DNA of 52,253 nt, taken from Deltaproteobacteria bacterium. Its GTDB lineage: Bacteria > Desulfobacterota > Binatia > Binatales > Binataceae. Under the pieces are notes generated by a model. The model was given only the letters and a program-made list of their open reading frames with translations. It searched no databases and was not told where the DNA came from. The stretch covers positions 1 to 52,253 of the forward strand of contig JAKAVN010000005.1 of the NCBI GenBank assembly GCA_021827495.1, given 5' to 3'. Shown piece by piece: positions 40,743 to 52,253 of this stretch. Made by a program: the position numbers and the translations under genes. The first letter of the stretch is position 1. The number at the start of each line of letters is the position of its first letter.

Positions 40743-41483
40743 TCAACGCGCAGCGGAATCGCTCAGCCTAAACCCCGGATTCCAGCCCAACTCGCGGCGC
40801 GCCCGCGCGCTCGATACCGCGCCGTCGTCCTCGGCGACGTTGTAAATTCCCGGCGCGCCCCGCGCGATCGCGAGCACCGCCGCCCACGCCGCCGCGTCGA
40901 CGTGTACCGCCGGCTTGCCCGGCGCCACGTCAAATCCGGTGCCGAACCCGTAAAAGTAGCCGTAACGCAGCACGATGCCGTCCAGCCTGGGTGTCGCGGC
41001 CGTGAGCCGCTCCAAGGTTACGACTGCTTCCATCGTTGTCCGCCACGGCTCCTCGGCCGGTGAAATGAGCGGATCGCTTTCGTCGTGCGGTTCTTGCCCC
41101 GGCGCGTAAACGAACGCGATGCTCTGGGCGATAAGCCGGCGCGCGCCCGCGCGCAGCGCGGCATCGAGCAGGTTGCGCGTCCCCTCGATTCTAAGCCGTG
41201 CATTGCGCAGCAATCCCGCGGCCATCAATTCCGGCTTGAGCCCGGGCGGCAGGTCGGTAAGTTGATGGATGACGACGTCGGGGCGCGCCGCTGCGACTGC
41301 GGCGCCGAGCGCGGCCGCATCGTAGACATCAACCACGGCCGGCGTGATTCCGGCGGCGCGCAACTGTTCGGCCTTTGATGCGGCGCGCGTGGCGCCGGTC
41401 ACCTCGTAGCCGGCTTCGCGCAGCAGCGGCAGCATCCGCCGCCCTATCGCACCGGTTGCTCCAGCCAGAAAGATTTTTTTCAC
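40743..41483 (-). CDS. NAD(P)-dependent epimerase/dehydratase-family oxidoreductase
   Basis: IFLAGATGAIG, VIHQLTDL, GTRNL, LRYGYFYG, YNVAED. Confidence 0.9.
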   Translation of the reverse strand: MKKIFLAGATGAIGRRMLPLLREAGYEVTGATRAASKAEQLRAAGITPAVVDVYDAAALGAAVAAARPDVVIHQLTDLPPGLKPELMAAGLLRNARLRIEGTRNLLDAALRAGARRLIAQSIAFVYAPGQEPHDESDPLISPAEEPWRTTMEAVVTLERLTAATPRLDGIVLRYGYFYGFGTGFDVAPGKPAVHVDAAAWAAVLAIARGAPGIYNVAEDDGAVSSARARRELGWNPGFRLSDSAAR

Positions 41484-41926
41484 CAATCCCAACTCCGCGC
41501 CTGCGTTGTCGGCGCCGCGCTACATTTGTTCATGGCGCCGAGGCTCGCGCGAGCGCCACCGCCCTTGGCGTTCTCCAGCCCTGTGGGCCACTTCGCTCGA
41601 GCATTCAGCAACCGTGTGGCTTGCTACGGGCTATCTGTACCGGCCGCGACCCTCAAACATTTCCTCAGAAAAGCGTCAAGATCGGCATCCGCTATGCGCG
41701 CAAGCTCGCCAAAGTTAGTATCCTTATTGCAGTCTTTGCCTGCGGATTCTTTGCGCCCGTATGAGCTGTCGTCAAGAGAGTGTACTCGTGCAATACATGG
41801 GTGGCACTTTTGGAGATGAGGATTTATGGCGCGGGGGTGTGTTGGAGGCGTCGGCCCGCAATTGCCGCCTTGCCAGCCCATTGATAAATTGCGGACAGGG
41901 AAGGGCCACAAGGCGAAAGCGCATCG

Positions 41927-42457
41927 ATGATGCCAGAAAATCCAGCGGACAAAAACGACGCATCGCAAGGCGCGCCGACTGCGCCAGCACCAGCCGCGGC
42001 GGTGAAACCCGCCGCGGTGGCTGCGGCGCCGGCCGCCGCCAAGGCGGCCGCGCCCCAGCCACCGCCACCGCCCAAGCCTCAACCGGTCGACGAATTCGAT
42101 CCGCTCGGATGGGACGTCCCGATCATCTGCAAGAACTGCAACCAGCGCTTCATCGTACCCTACCGCAACTTTCACACCGGCGTGGTCTTCCATTGCCCGT
42201 CATGCCAAGGCTCATGGGTTCCCAACACGACCATCGCCACGGGGATGCGTCGCGTGTTCGAGGACTTCTGGGGCCCGCGCAAACTAGCCCGCGCGGCTTT
42301 CGAGCGCGGCGAACTAAAGCTCGAGCGCGCCGGGTTCGAGCGCCGGCGGGCGGAGGAACTCGAGGCCTTCAAGCAGCGGCTCGAGCGGCTGGCCACGGAG
42401 TTGAAGCCGGCGGGCAAGCTGGTGCGTCCCAAGGGCCTTGCGGCGATGTTCAGCTAG
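41927..42457 (+). CDS. Hypothetical Zn-ribbon / coiled-coil protein
   Basis: Ala/Pro-rich N-terminus, CKNC...CPSC, charged helical C-terminus. Confidence 0.8.
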   Translation: MMPENPADKNDASQGAPTAPAPAAAVKPAAVAAAPAAAKAAAPQPPPPPKPQPVDEFDPLGWDVPIICKNCNQRFIVPYRNFHTGVVFHCPSCQGSWVPNTTIATGMRRVFEDFWGPRKLARAAFERGELKLERAGFERRRAEELEAFKQRLERLATELKPAGKLVRPKGLAAMFS

Positions 42458-42473
42458 CCGCTCCGATTCATAG

Positions 42474-43856
42474 ATGAGCCTGCGGGCGAAATTCGCGGCG
42501 GTCTTTCTGCTCCTGCTCATTCTGCCGATAATCGCGGTCACCGCGCTCGAGCTCGACCGCACGATTGCCGTGATGGTCGAGGACCTCGGCGATTCGGCCT
42601 CGCTGCTGATCGATCTGACGTTCGAGCAGCTGCGCGCGGTGCCGGGCGCCGCCGCCGGGCAGGAAGCGCTTGCGGCGCTGCACGACAACCGGCCGTTGCA
42701 GGCCTTCATCGAGTCCTCGCAGGCCTTCGGCAAGGCGGTCGTCTACTTACGCATCGAGCAGCTCGACGGCACGATCGTCGCCGGCGGGCGGGCGGGAACG
42801 TCGGGTTTCGCCGACGCTCCCGCGGCCTTCGACGATCTCCAGGCTATCGCCACCGGATGGTGGCCGCTGTCGGCGATTCGCGCATTGTGGGCGGCGCACA
42901 ACTACGAGATGAGCCGGGTGGTGCAGGCGGACGGCAAGCCGATCGCGATCATCGCGGTCGGCATCTCGACCAGCCTGATCGCGCCCAAGCTCCATCAGGC
43001 ATTGGCGCGGATCCTGGTGGTGGCCGCGTGCGCGGTGGCGCTGAGCCTGCTGGGCGCCGCGTTCTTCGGCGGCCTGGTGTTAGGCCCGCTCGCCGCCATC
43101 ACCAGCGGCGTCGAGCAGATGACCGTGGGCCACGGCGAGGTCAAGGTTTCGGTCACCGGCTCCGACGAGCTGGGCGTGCTGGCCGCCAAGTTCAACCAGC
43201 TCTCGGAGAAAGTCCGGCTGAACCATGTCCAGTGGGAGGCCGAGCGCGACCAGCTGGTGAACGTCTTTCACTCGATCAGCGACGCGGTGCTGGTACTCGA
43301 TTTGAACGCGGCCGTGCTGTTCGCCAATGCCGAGGCCGAGGGCCGGCTGGGACTGCCGGCGGGCGGGATCGCCGCCGGCAAACCGCTCGCGCGGTTGCTG
43401 GGCGGCGACAACCCGCTGATCAGGATAATCGAGACCGCGCGCAACGCCGGCCAGGGAGTTCATGACGTGCCAATCGAGATGGGCGACGGCGCTCATCACG
43501 TACACTTCCTGGTCTCGGTCTTTGCGCTGGGGCTCGAGCCGCCGTCGCCCGCAATGCTGGTGATCCTGCGCGACCTCGAGCCGGTGCGCGGGCTGCGCAA
43601 CGTGGTCGATCATTCGGATCGCCTGATCAGTCTCGGCGAAGTGATCTCCGACGTGGCGCGCCAGATTCGCAACCCGCTCAGCGCGATCAGCTCGCAACTG
43701 GATCTTTTGCGCCGCGAGGCCGAGCACGGCCAGCCGGTCGGAGAGCGCGTGCACGCACTGCGCGATGAAATCCGCCGCCTCGACAAGGCGGTCGAGGCGC
43801 TCAACCCGTTCATGGCGCCGCAGGGTTCCGGGCCGCGCGGGAAACGGACGGCCTGA
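42474..43856 (+). CDS. Membrane HAMP-PAS-HisKA protein lacking the phospho-His and the HATPase domain
   Basis: Two TM segments; HAMP (DELGVLAAKFNQL); PAS (ISDAVLVLD..FANAEA); H-box reads VARQIRNPL; stop shortly after the DHp helix. Confidence 0.85.
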   Translation: MSLRAKFAAVFLLLLILPIIAVTALELDRTIAVMVEDLGDSASLLIDLTFEQLRAVPGAAAGQEALAALHDNRPLQAFIESSQAFGKAVVYLRIEQLDGTIVAGGRAGTSGFADAPAAFDDLQAIATGWWPLSAIRALWAAHNYEMSRVVQADGKPIAIIAVGISTSLIAPKLHQALARILVVAACAVALSLLGAAFFGGLVLGPLAAITSGVEQMTVGHGEVKVSVTGSDELGVLAAKFNQLSEKVRLNHVQWEAERDQLVNVFHSISDAVLVLDLNAAVLFANAEAEGRLGLPAGGIAAGKPLARLLGGDNPLIRIIETARNAGQGVHDVPIEMGDGAHHVHFLVSVFALGLEPPSPAMLVILRDLEPVRGLRNVVDHSDRLISLGEVISDVARQIRNPLSAISSQLDLLRREAEHGQPVGERVHALRDEIRRLDKAVEALNPFMAPQGSGPRGKRTA

Positions 43857-43917
43857 TTGGCCGCGCGCGGCAACGGTTCACGAACTTGCCGGCGGCCGCC
43901 TTGCCGGCGCAGCCCGG

Positions 43918-44943
43918 CTAGCTGGTATGCACCATGGGGCCGGGCTTTTCGAGCGCGACGCCGTCCGTTTGCGCCTCGGCGGCGCTCTCCGGCTCTTCAT
44001 CCAGCACGCGGATCTCGTGCGGATTCAGGGTGCGCGCCAGCGCCAGCATTCTAAGCGCGGCGGATTCGAGCACGCGCCCGAGCCATCGCCGCACCGGCGC
44101 GCCATTCCCGCCCGGCGCCTGCGCGCGCAACGTGGAGAAGAGGCTGTCGTACTCGGTCACCGCCGCCTCGACCATCCGCGTGTCGACCATCCTGGCGCCG
44201 CCGGAGTACGCGAGCAGCATCGCGTTGTGGCACAGCACGTTGATGCGGCGCGGGATGCCGCCGCTGTGGCGGACCAGGTAGCGCAAGGCTCCCGGCTTGA
44301 AGATTCTCTCGGCGGCGCCGTTGACCACCTGCAGCCGCTGCTCGATGTACCCATGGCATTCGGCCCGCTGCAGGGGATTGAGTACGGTCTTGGCGCCGAT
44401 CCGCTGTTCGAGCTGGCGCAGCGACGGATTGGTCAGCCGGCGCAGCAGCTCGGGCTGCCCGATGAAAACGAAGTGAAGCTGCTTCTCGTCGGGTTTTCCG
44501 CTGTTCGACAGCAGGCGCAACTGCTCCATCGTCTCGTCATTGAGGCCCTGCGCCTCGTCCATCATTATTACCGCGCGCGCGCCCGGCTTGAGTGCGCAAA
44601 GGAAATCGTTCACCGCCTCGAGGTCGGCCAGCTTGCTTCTGCGCTGGGTCTTGATCCCGAGTTGCTTCATGATCACCTTCACCATCTCTTCGAAGGTCAA
44701 CTTGGGATTGCTCAGGTAGGCAGTGCGCACGTTCTCGTACTGGCGGGCGAGGATCGCCAGCGCGAGCGTCGTTTTGCCAGTCCCAACCTCGCCGATCAGG
44801 ACGGTAAAGCCGCTCGGCTCATGCAACAGCCCCCATTCCAGGGCGGCGTAGGCCTCCCGATGCTCCTTGCTCATGTAAAGCTGGGCAGGCGATGAAGTGA
44901 GTTGGAACGGCGGACCGGTGAGGCCGAAGTGGCTATAGTACAT
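43918..44943 (-). CDS. ExeA/GspA-family AAA ATPase
   Basis: MYYSHFGLTGPPF, GEVGTGKT, MDEAQ, LRLLSN, GQPEL, QLEQRI, GGIPRRINVLC. Confidence 0.92.
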   Translation of the reverse strand: MYYSHFGLTGPPFQLTSSPAQLYMSKEHREAYAALEWGLLHEPSGFTVLIGEVGTGKTTLALAILARQYENVRTAYLSNPKLTFEEMVKVIMKQLGIKTQRRSKLADLEAVNDFLCALKPGARAVIMMDEAQGLNDETMEQLRLLSNSGKPDEKQLHFVFIGQPELLRRLTNPSLRQLEQRIGAKTVLNPLQRAECHGYIEQRLQVVNGAAERIFKPGALRYLVRHSGGIPRRINVLCHNAMLLAYSGGARMVDTRMVEAAVTEYDSLFSTLRAQAPGGNGAPVRRWLGRVLESAALRMLALARTLNPHEIRVLDEEPESAAEAQTDGVALEKPGPMVHTS

Positions 44944-45065
44944 GGGCCTTCTGCGTCTCCTCTCGCGCAACTGCTGGTGCGCCAAGGCCGTTCGGCGCGG
45001 CCGTCTTCATGGCGCAGCCGAACCGCCCGGCACCGCGATCCCTCAATGGGACAGCCTGCGCACGC

Positions 45066-45095
45066 AGGTTACTATGTCAATGCAATTAGTGTCAA
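45066..45095 (-). promoter_or_regulatory. Sigma70-like promoter for the ExeA-like gene
   Basis: Minus strand TTGACA-N18-TAACCT, with a second TTGACA inside the spacer and an AT-rich upstream tract. Confidence 0.55.
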
Positions 45096-45281
45096 GGCAC
45101 CCTTATTTAAGCCTATACCTAATTTAATTGCGCAAATCACAACCTACTCTCCGGCTGGTGCCGATTGCCGCGCGGCAACCGGGCTTGTGGTCACCAAAGA
45201 CAGGGAATTCGCAAGCGGCTCCTTGAACCGCTCCATTTTGCGTTCCCCGGCTACTCGCTCATCGAGACTGCGCGGCCATAG

Positions 45282-46043
45282 CTATTGCGCGATCATGGCG
45301 CCGTCGACCGGTAGCGCGGCGCCGGTCACGAATGACGCGTAGTCCGACATCAGCCATACCACCGCCTCGCCAATCTCCGCCGGCTTGCCCAGTCTTCTCA
45401 TCGGCTCGACCGAGATCAGGTGTTCGCGCAGGCCCGGATGGCCGGTCACCATCTCGGCCACCATCGCGGTGTCGATCACTCCGGGGCAGACCGCGTTGAC
45501 GCGGATGTCATGATGCGCGTACTCCAGCGCCGCCACCTTGGTCAGTCCAACCACGCCGTGCTTGGCGGCGGTATAGGCCGGCTGTCCGTGCGAGCCGACC
45601 AGGCCCGCCACCGAAGCGGTGTTGACGATCGCGCCGTGCGCGCCCTGCTTGAGCATCTGCAGGATTTCGTACTTCATGCACAGCCATACGCTTTTGAGGT
45701 CGATGGCGATGACGCGGTCGAAGTTTTCCTCGGTGTCATCGGCGGTGCGCAGCATCTTGCCGACGATGCCGGCGTTGTTGTGCGCACAGTCCAGGCGTCC
45801 GAAGATTCTGACTGCGGCCGCGACCGTCGCCTCGACCTCGGCGGCGCGCGTCACGTCGCACTTCTGAAACGCGGCCTCGCCGCCCGCCTGCTTTATCGCC
45901 TTGACCGTATCTTCGCCGGCCGCGACCGCGTCGACCACCAGCACCTTCGCACCCTCGCGCGCGGCGGCGATCGCCGTGGCGCGGCCGATGCCGCTGGCGG
46001 CGCCGGTTATCAATGCGACTTTCCCCTCTAATAAACCTGCCAT
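45282..46043 (-). CDS. Classical SDR oxidoreductase
   Basis: TGAASGIG, NNAG, YTAAK, VNAVCPG. Confidence 0.95.
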   Translation of the reverse strand: MAGLLEGKVALITGAASGIGRATAIAAAREGAKVLVVDAVAAGEDTVKAIKQAGGEAAFQKCDVTRAAEVEATVAAAVRIFGRLDCAHNNAGIVGKMLRTADDTEENFDRVIAIDLKSVWLCMKYEILQMLKQGAHGAIVNTASVAGLVGSHGQPAYTAAKHGVVGLTKVAALEYAHHDIRVNAVCPGVIDTAMVAEMVTGHPGLREHLISVEPMRRLGKPAEIGEAVVWLMSDYASFVTGAALPVDGAMIAQ

Positions 46044-46083
46044 CTTCCTGCCTCCGAAAATTCAGCTTGAGTGCGCGCCCGGC

Positions 46084-46755
46084 TCAGCGCGACGCGATTT
46101 GGATATGCTCCTGCGCCATGAAAAAGGTCATCCTGGACCCATCGATGAACACGCGGCCATCGGCCAGCAGGTCAGTGCCGGCTGGCGAGGCGAAGGCCGC
46201 GGCGAACGCCGCGGGACTGTCGAACCATAATTGCGCGACGCCGTCGCAACGCGGCGTGGCATAGAGGTAGGCCTGGTCGATCAGATGCGACTGGACGTAG
46301 CGGCGCAGCCCCTGCAGCTTGAGCGCCAGCGGCCCGTGCACCTCGAGCCAATACTTGCGGAAGTCCTCGAGCGCCATCCCGGGCTTGATCGCGAGCTGCC
46401 ATACGCCCTTGACCAGTTTGCCGCCGGTCGGCCCGTCGGCAAGCACGTGGTCGCGCGTCGCCATCCATTCCACGCGCGTAAGGTCGATAAAGTTGCGCTC
46501 GTCGGCGAGCGCTCCCTCGAGGTACTCGGGACTGCGGCGCAGAGCCGCCAGCGCGTCGAGCCCGTCGATCAGCACCTCGGCCACGCCGTCGTAGGGCGAG
46601 TTGGAGCCGAAGGTGGTGATACGATGGCTTTGGACGTAGCGATGAAGCTGCGGGATCCGGGCTGCGATCGGCCCGTGGGTTTCGCGCCAGTAGCGATGGA
46701 ACTCCGCGTCGCCCATCGAGGGCTTGCGGGTGATGAAATAATGGATGTGGATCAT
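46084..46755 (-). CDS. Tandem EthD-domain protein
   Basis: Two repeats of F..YW...HGP...L.RYVQSH..DGVA; GGGAGG RBS. Confidence 0.9.
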   Translation of the reverse strand: MIHIHYFITRKPSMGDAEFHRYWRETHGPIAARIPQLHRYVQSHRITTFGSNSPYDGVAEVLIDGLDALAALRRSPEYLEGALADERNFIDLTRVEWMATRDHVLADGPTGGKLVKGVWQLAIKPGMALEDFRKYWLEVHGPLALKLQGLRRYVQSHLIDQAYLYATPRCDGVAQLWFDSPAAFAAAFASPAGTDLLADGRVFIDGSRMTFFMAQEHIQIASR

Positions 46756-46892
46756 GGTTGGATCCTCCCGTTGCGATTGGCCGCTTCTGAATCCGGCGTT
46801 GCGATTTTGCGGCCTGTGCTCGTTGTATAGCGCAGCCCCCGCGGATCACGCCAATGGAGCGCACACCGCCCGCCCGGCGCGCGCAGCCTCGG

Positions 46893-47123
46893 GGCCGCGC
46901 CGGCGAGCATTCGGGAAGGCTCGAATTCGACGCCCTGCTCACGGTCGACCCCGACGTCATCCTGGTCGCGCCGTGCGGCTTCAACCTGCGGCACACGCTG
47001 GCGGAACTGCCCGCGTCAAGACTGAATCATGGAACGGCCCCGCGACCGTCAGGTTGCGCGGCGAATCAGGTTCGGGCTATCGATTGGGCGCGAGCTCAGG
47101 TGGCGGAGCGGCCCGGCAAACGT
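46893..47123 (+). pseudogene. Internal remnant of a BtuF-like (cobalamin/Fe-siderophore) periplasmic binding protein
   Basis: GEHSGRLEFDALLTVDPDVILVAPCGFNLRHTLAELP..NQVRAID..RPG; the middle segment (ESWNGPATVR) is in another frame. Confidence 0.6.
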
Positions 47124-47165
47124 TCACGCCAGCTCTTACAACCAGACCTCAAAGGACGCGGTGTG

Positions 47166-48104
47166 ATGGCCAGAACGGCGCTTGCATTCTCGGTGATGCC
47201 CGACAGCCCGATCGAAAAGATCGTCGAGTGGACCAGGGACGCGGAGGAGATGGGATACGCCGCGGTCTTCATGACCGAGGCGAACAACGATTCGCTCGCC
47301 TGCGCGCTGGCGCTCGGAATGCGGACCCGGCGCATCGGGCTCGGCACCGCGATCACCAACATCTATCTGCGTCATCCGGCGCTGCTGGCCAACGAGGCCG
47401 CGACCGTGCATCAGCTCACCGGCGGGCGCTTCATCCTGGGCCTCGGCACCGGCCACGGCGAGGACAACTCGCGCCTGGGGATCGATATGGGGCCGCCGAT
47501 GGTGAAGATGCGCGCGACGGTCGCGACCCTGCGCAAGATGCTCGACGGCGGCGGCACCGGACCGAAGATCACCGGCAAGCTGCCGCTCTACTTGGCGGGC
47601 GTATCGCGGCCGATGGTGAAGATGGCGGGCGAGATCGCCGACGGGGTGATTTTCAATTTCTTTCCGCCCGCCCGCGTGCGCGAGGCGCTGGGCGAGATAG
47701 CGCAAGGCGCGCGCGCGGCCGGGCGCAACCCGGCCGAGGTCGAGTCGGCGCTGTTTGCGACCGCGTTCATCTCGAACGACCTCGAGGCCGCGCGCCGCCC
47801 GGCGCGCACGCTGCTTTCGCGCTACGGGGCGCTGCGCTTTTACGGCAACATGATGGCCAAGGCGGGGTTCGAGCGGGAGATCGCGGCGATTGCGGCAGCG
47901 CGGGGAGAGGCCACCAAGGCGCTCGCCGCGGTGAGTGACGCGATGATCGACGCGACGCTGCTGGTCGGCCCCGAGGAGCGCGTGCGCGAGCGGCTGGCCG
48001 AGCTGTGCGCGCCGGGGATCGGCACGGCGATCGTCTTCGTCAACCCGGTCAACGAGCCGCGCGAGGCCGCAGTTCGCCGGCTGCTGCGGGCGCTGCGCCC
48101 GTAA
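47166..48104 (+). CDS. LLM-class flavin/F420-dependent oxidoreductase
   Basis: AEEMGYAAVFMTE, TRRIGLGTAI, GGRFILGLGTG, AGEIADGV. Confidence 0.9.
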   Translation: MARTALAFSVMPDSPIEKIVEWTRDAEEMGYAAVFMTEANNDSLACALALGMRTRRIGLGTAITNIYLRHPALLANEAATVHQLTGGRFILGLGTGHGEDNSRLGIDMGPPMVKMRATVATLRKMLDGGGTGPKITGKLPLYLAGVSRPMVKMAGEIADGVIFNFFPPARVREALGEIAQGARAAGRNPAEVESALFATAFISNDLEAARRPARTLLSRYGALRFYGNMMAKAGFEREIAAIAAARGEATKALAAVSDAMIDATLLVGPEERVRERLAELCAPGIGTAIVFVNPVNEPREAAVRRLLRALRP

Positions 48105-48143
48105 GGGCGCTGCGCCCGTAAGGGCGCAGCGCCCGCAGCAGCC
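48079..48143. repeat. 22-bp perfect inverted repeat enclosing a 17-bp tandem duplication (REP-like / bidirectional terminator)
   Basis: GGCTGCTGCGGGCGCTGCGCCC (48079-48100) and GGGCGCAGCGCCCGCAGCAGCC (48122-48143); spacer GTAAGGGCGCTGCGCCCGTAA; lies between convergent genes. Confidence 0.85.
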
Positions 48144-48153
48144 ACGCGGCCCC

Positions 48154-48906
48154 TTACGCCGGCGCCGCCACGCCGGCGCCGCCGGCCGGCTTCAGCATCG
48201 CGAAAAACCCCCGGATGCGATTGTAGTTCACACCGAAGTCGCCGGTGCCGTCACGCGAGCGCGAGCGCATCTCGACCAGACTGCTGTTGCCGTCCGGGCT
48301 TGGACGCACCTGGATCACGAAATCGTCGCAGAAGCGGAACACGTTGGAAAACTGGACGCCTTCGACTGTCCGCGTGGCCGGGTCGACATAAACAATCAGC
48401 CAGCCCGGCATCGTGTGTGCAGCGGCGCTCACCTTGGCGAAGGCGTCGTCGGGCTTCTCGTCAAGCCGCAGCGGGTCGAGCTTGGGGTACTCCTTGCTCT
48501 GGACCGGCTCGAACTTGGCGCGGTCGTACTTCATCGAATCGGCTGACAGACCCGGCGGTTTGACGAACGCCGGCGGGTTTTCGTAGTCAGTCGTGATGTC
48601 GTTGATCTCCGGGTATGGCATCGACATCCAGCGCCACATCGTGAGCCCGACCGGGACTCCGACCAGCAGGCTCAGCACTATGCCCGCGACCGCCTTGGGC
48701 CGCCCGACCCGGCGCTGCGGGGCCGAGGTCCGGGCGAGGCCTATCAGTCCGAACAGCAGCGCCAGAATCGCGATTACGAAGCTCAGCAGGAACATCAGGA
48801 AGCCGGACATCGGCACGATCATGCCCATGTGCGCGCCCATCACACCGATTCCCACCAGCAGCGCGGCGAGTATCGCGTCCAATAAGGAAAGCCAGGCCGG
48901 GATCAT
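48154..48906 (-). CDS. DUF1499-domain membrane protein
   Basis: Three TM segments, PEINDITTD, FRFCDDFVIQV, VEMRSRSRDGTGDFGVNYNRI; AAGGAG RBS. Confidence 0.88.
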   Translation of the reverse strand: MIPAWLSLLDAILAALLVGIGVMGAHMGMIVPMSGFLMFLLSFVIAILALLFGLIGLARTSAPQRRVGRPKAVAGIVLSLLVGVPVGLTMWRWMSMPYPEINDITTDYENPPAFVKPPGLSADSMKYDRAKFEPVQSKEYPKLDPLRLDEKPDDAFAKVSAAAHTMPGWLIVYVDPATRTVEGVQFSNVFRFCDDFVIQVRPSPDGNSSLVEMRSRSRDGTGDFGVNYNRIRGFFAMLKPAGGAGVAAPA

Positions 48907-49107
48907 CGTCGTTTCTCCTTGGCTGGGCGGCGGCGCGCGCGCCGACACCCGCCGTATCCAGCATTAGTGAACCGGCCCGGCCGCGAAAGTTCCGGGTGCG
49001 CCGTGGCCTACTTTGACGCCCGTGTGACGAACCCGCGGCAGCCCAGAGATCCGTTACAGCACTTAGGCCGCAAATACAAAGCGTTCGTGGATACGGCCCG
49101 GCTGAAA

Positions 49108-49136
49108 TTGCCCGCCACGCCCCGCTCCGATAGGCT
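49108..49136 (+). promoter_or_regulatory. Possible sigma70 promoter for metH
   Basis: TTGCCC-N17-TAGGCT, 35 nt before the ATG. Confidence 0.4.
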
Positions 49137-49171
49137 GGATGGCCAGGGCTGCGGGGCCTTTTTCATTCAGT

Positions 49172-52253
<3,082 letters not shown>

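Noticed and set aside
41500-41926. Small ORFs in the lower-GC gap before the Zn-ribbon gene
   Set aside because: No convincing RBS, codon bias or motif.
48961-49171. SAM or cobalamin riboswitch / attenuator before metH (GCCCCGC..GCGGGGC then a T-run)
   Set aside because: No aptamer consensus recognised, and the 5' arm of the hairpin lies inside a plausible promoter spacer, so it would not be transcribed.

Overview
A GC-rich bacterial chromosomal window of mostly core and metabolic genes. These include a family III CoA-transferase pair, lolC/E, an SCP2 protein, LLM oxidoreductases, dodecin, selA, an MFS transporter, a moaD-moaE fusion with moaB/mogA, csp, a split biotin carboxylase/BCCP, IclR-etfBA-FeS oxidoreductase, amtB, mreBCD-mrdA-rodA, ppiD, an ExeA-like ATPase and the 5' part of metH, which is missing from the ORF track because it runs off the window. 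The gene content is reminiscent of Ca. Binatota or deltaproteobacterial lineages (inference only). No CRISPR array, prophage or intact transposase was seen. The best leads lie outside the ORF track: (i) a Zn-ribbon protein co-transcribed with a membrane HAMP-PAS-HisKA pseudokinase that has lost both its phospho-His and its ATPase domain; (ii) a candidate ~146-nt multi-stem ncRNA next to a 4x13-bp tandem repeat; (iii) an internally deleted tRNA-Arg(UCG); (iv) an apparent in-situ replacement of the ETF-linked FeS oxidoreductase, with the tail of a divergent homolog left behind; (v) a 119-bp MITE; (vi) a Zn-ribbon/TonB-C/BON membrane protein; and (vii) several short gene scars. All family assignments come from reading motifs by eye; no searches were run.
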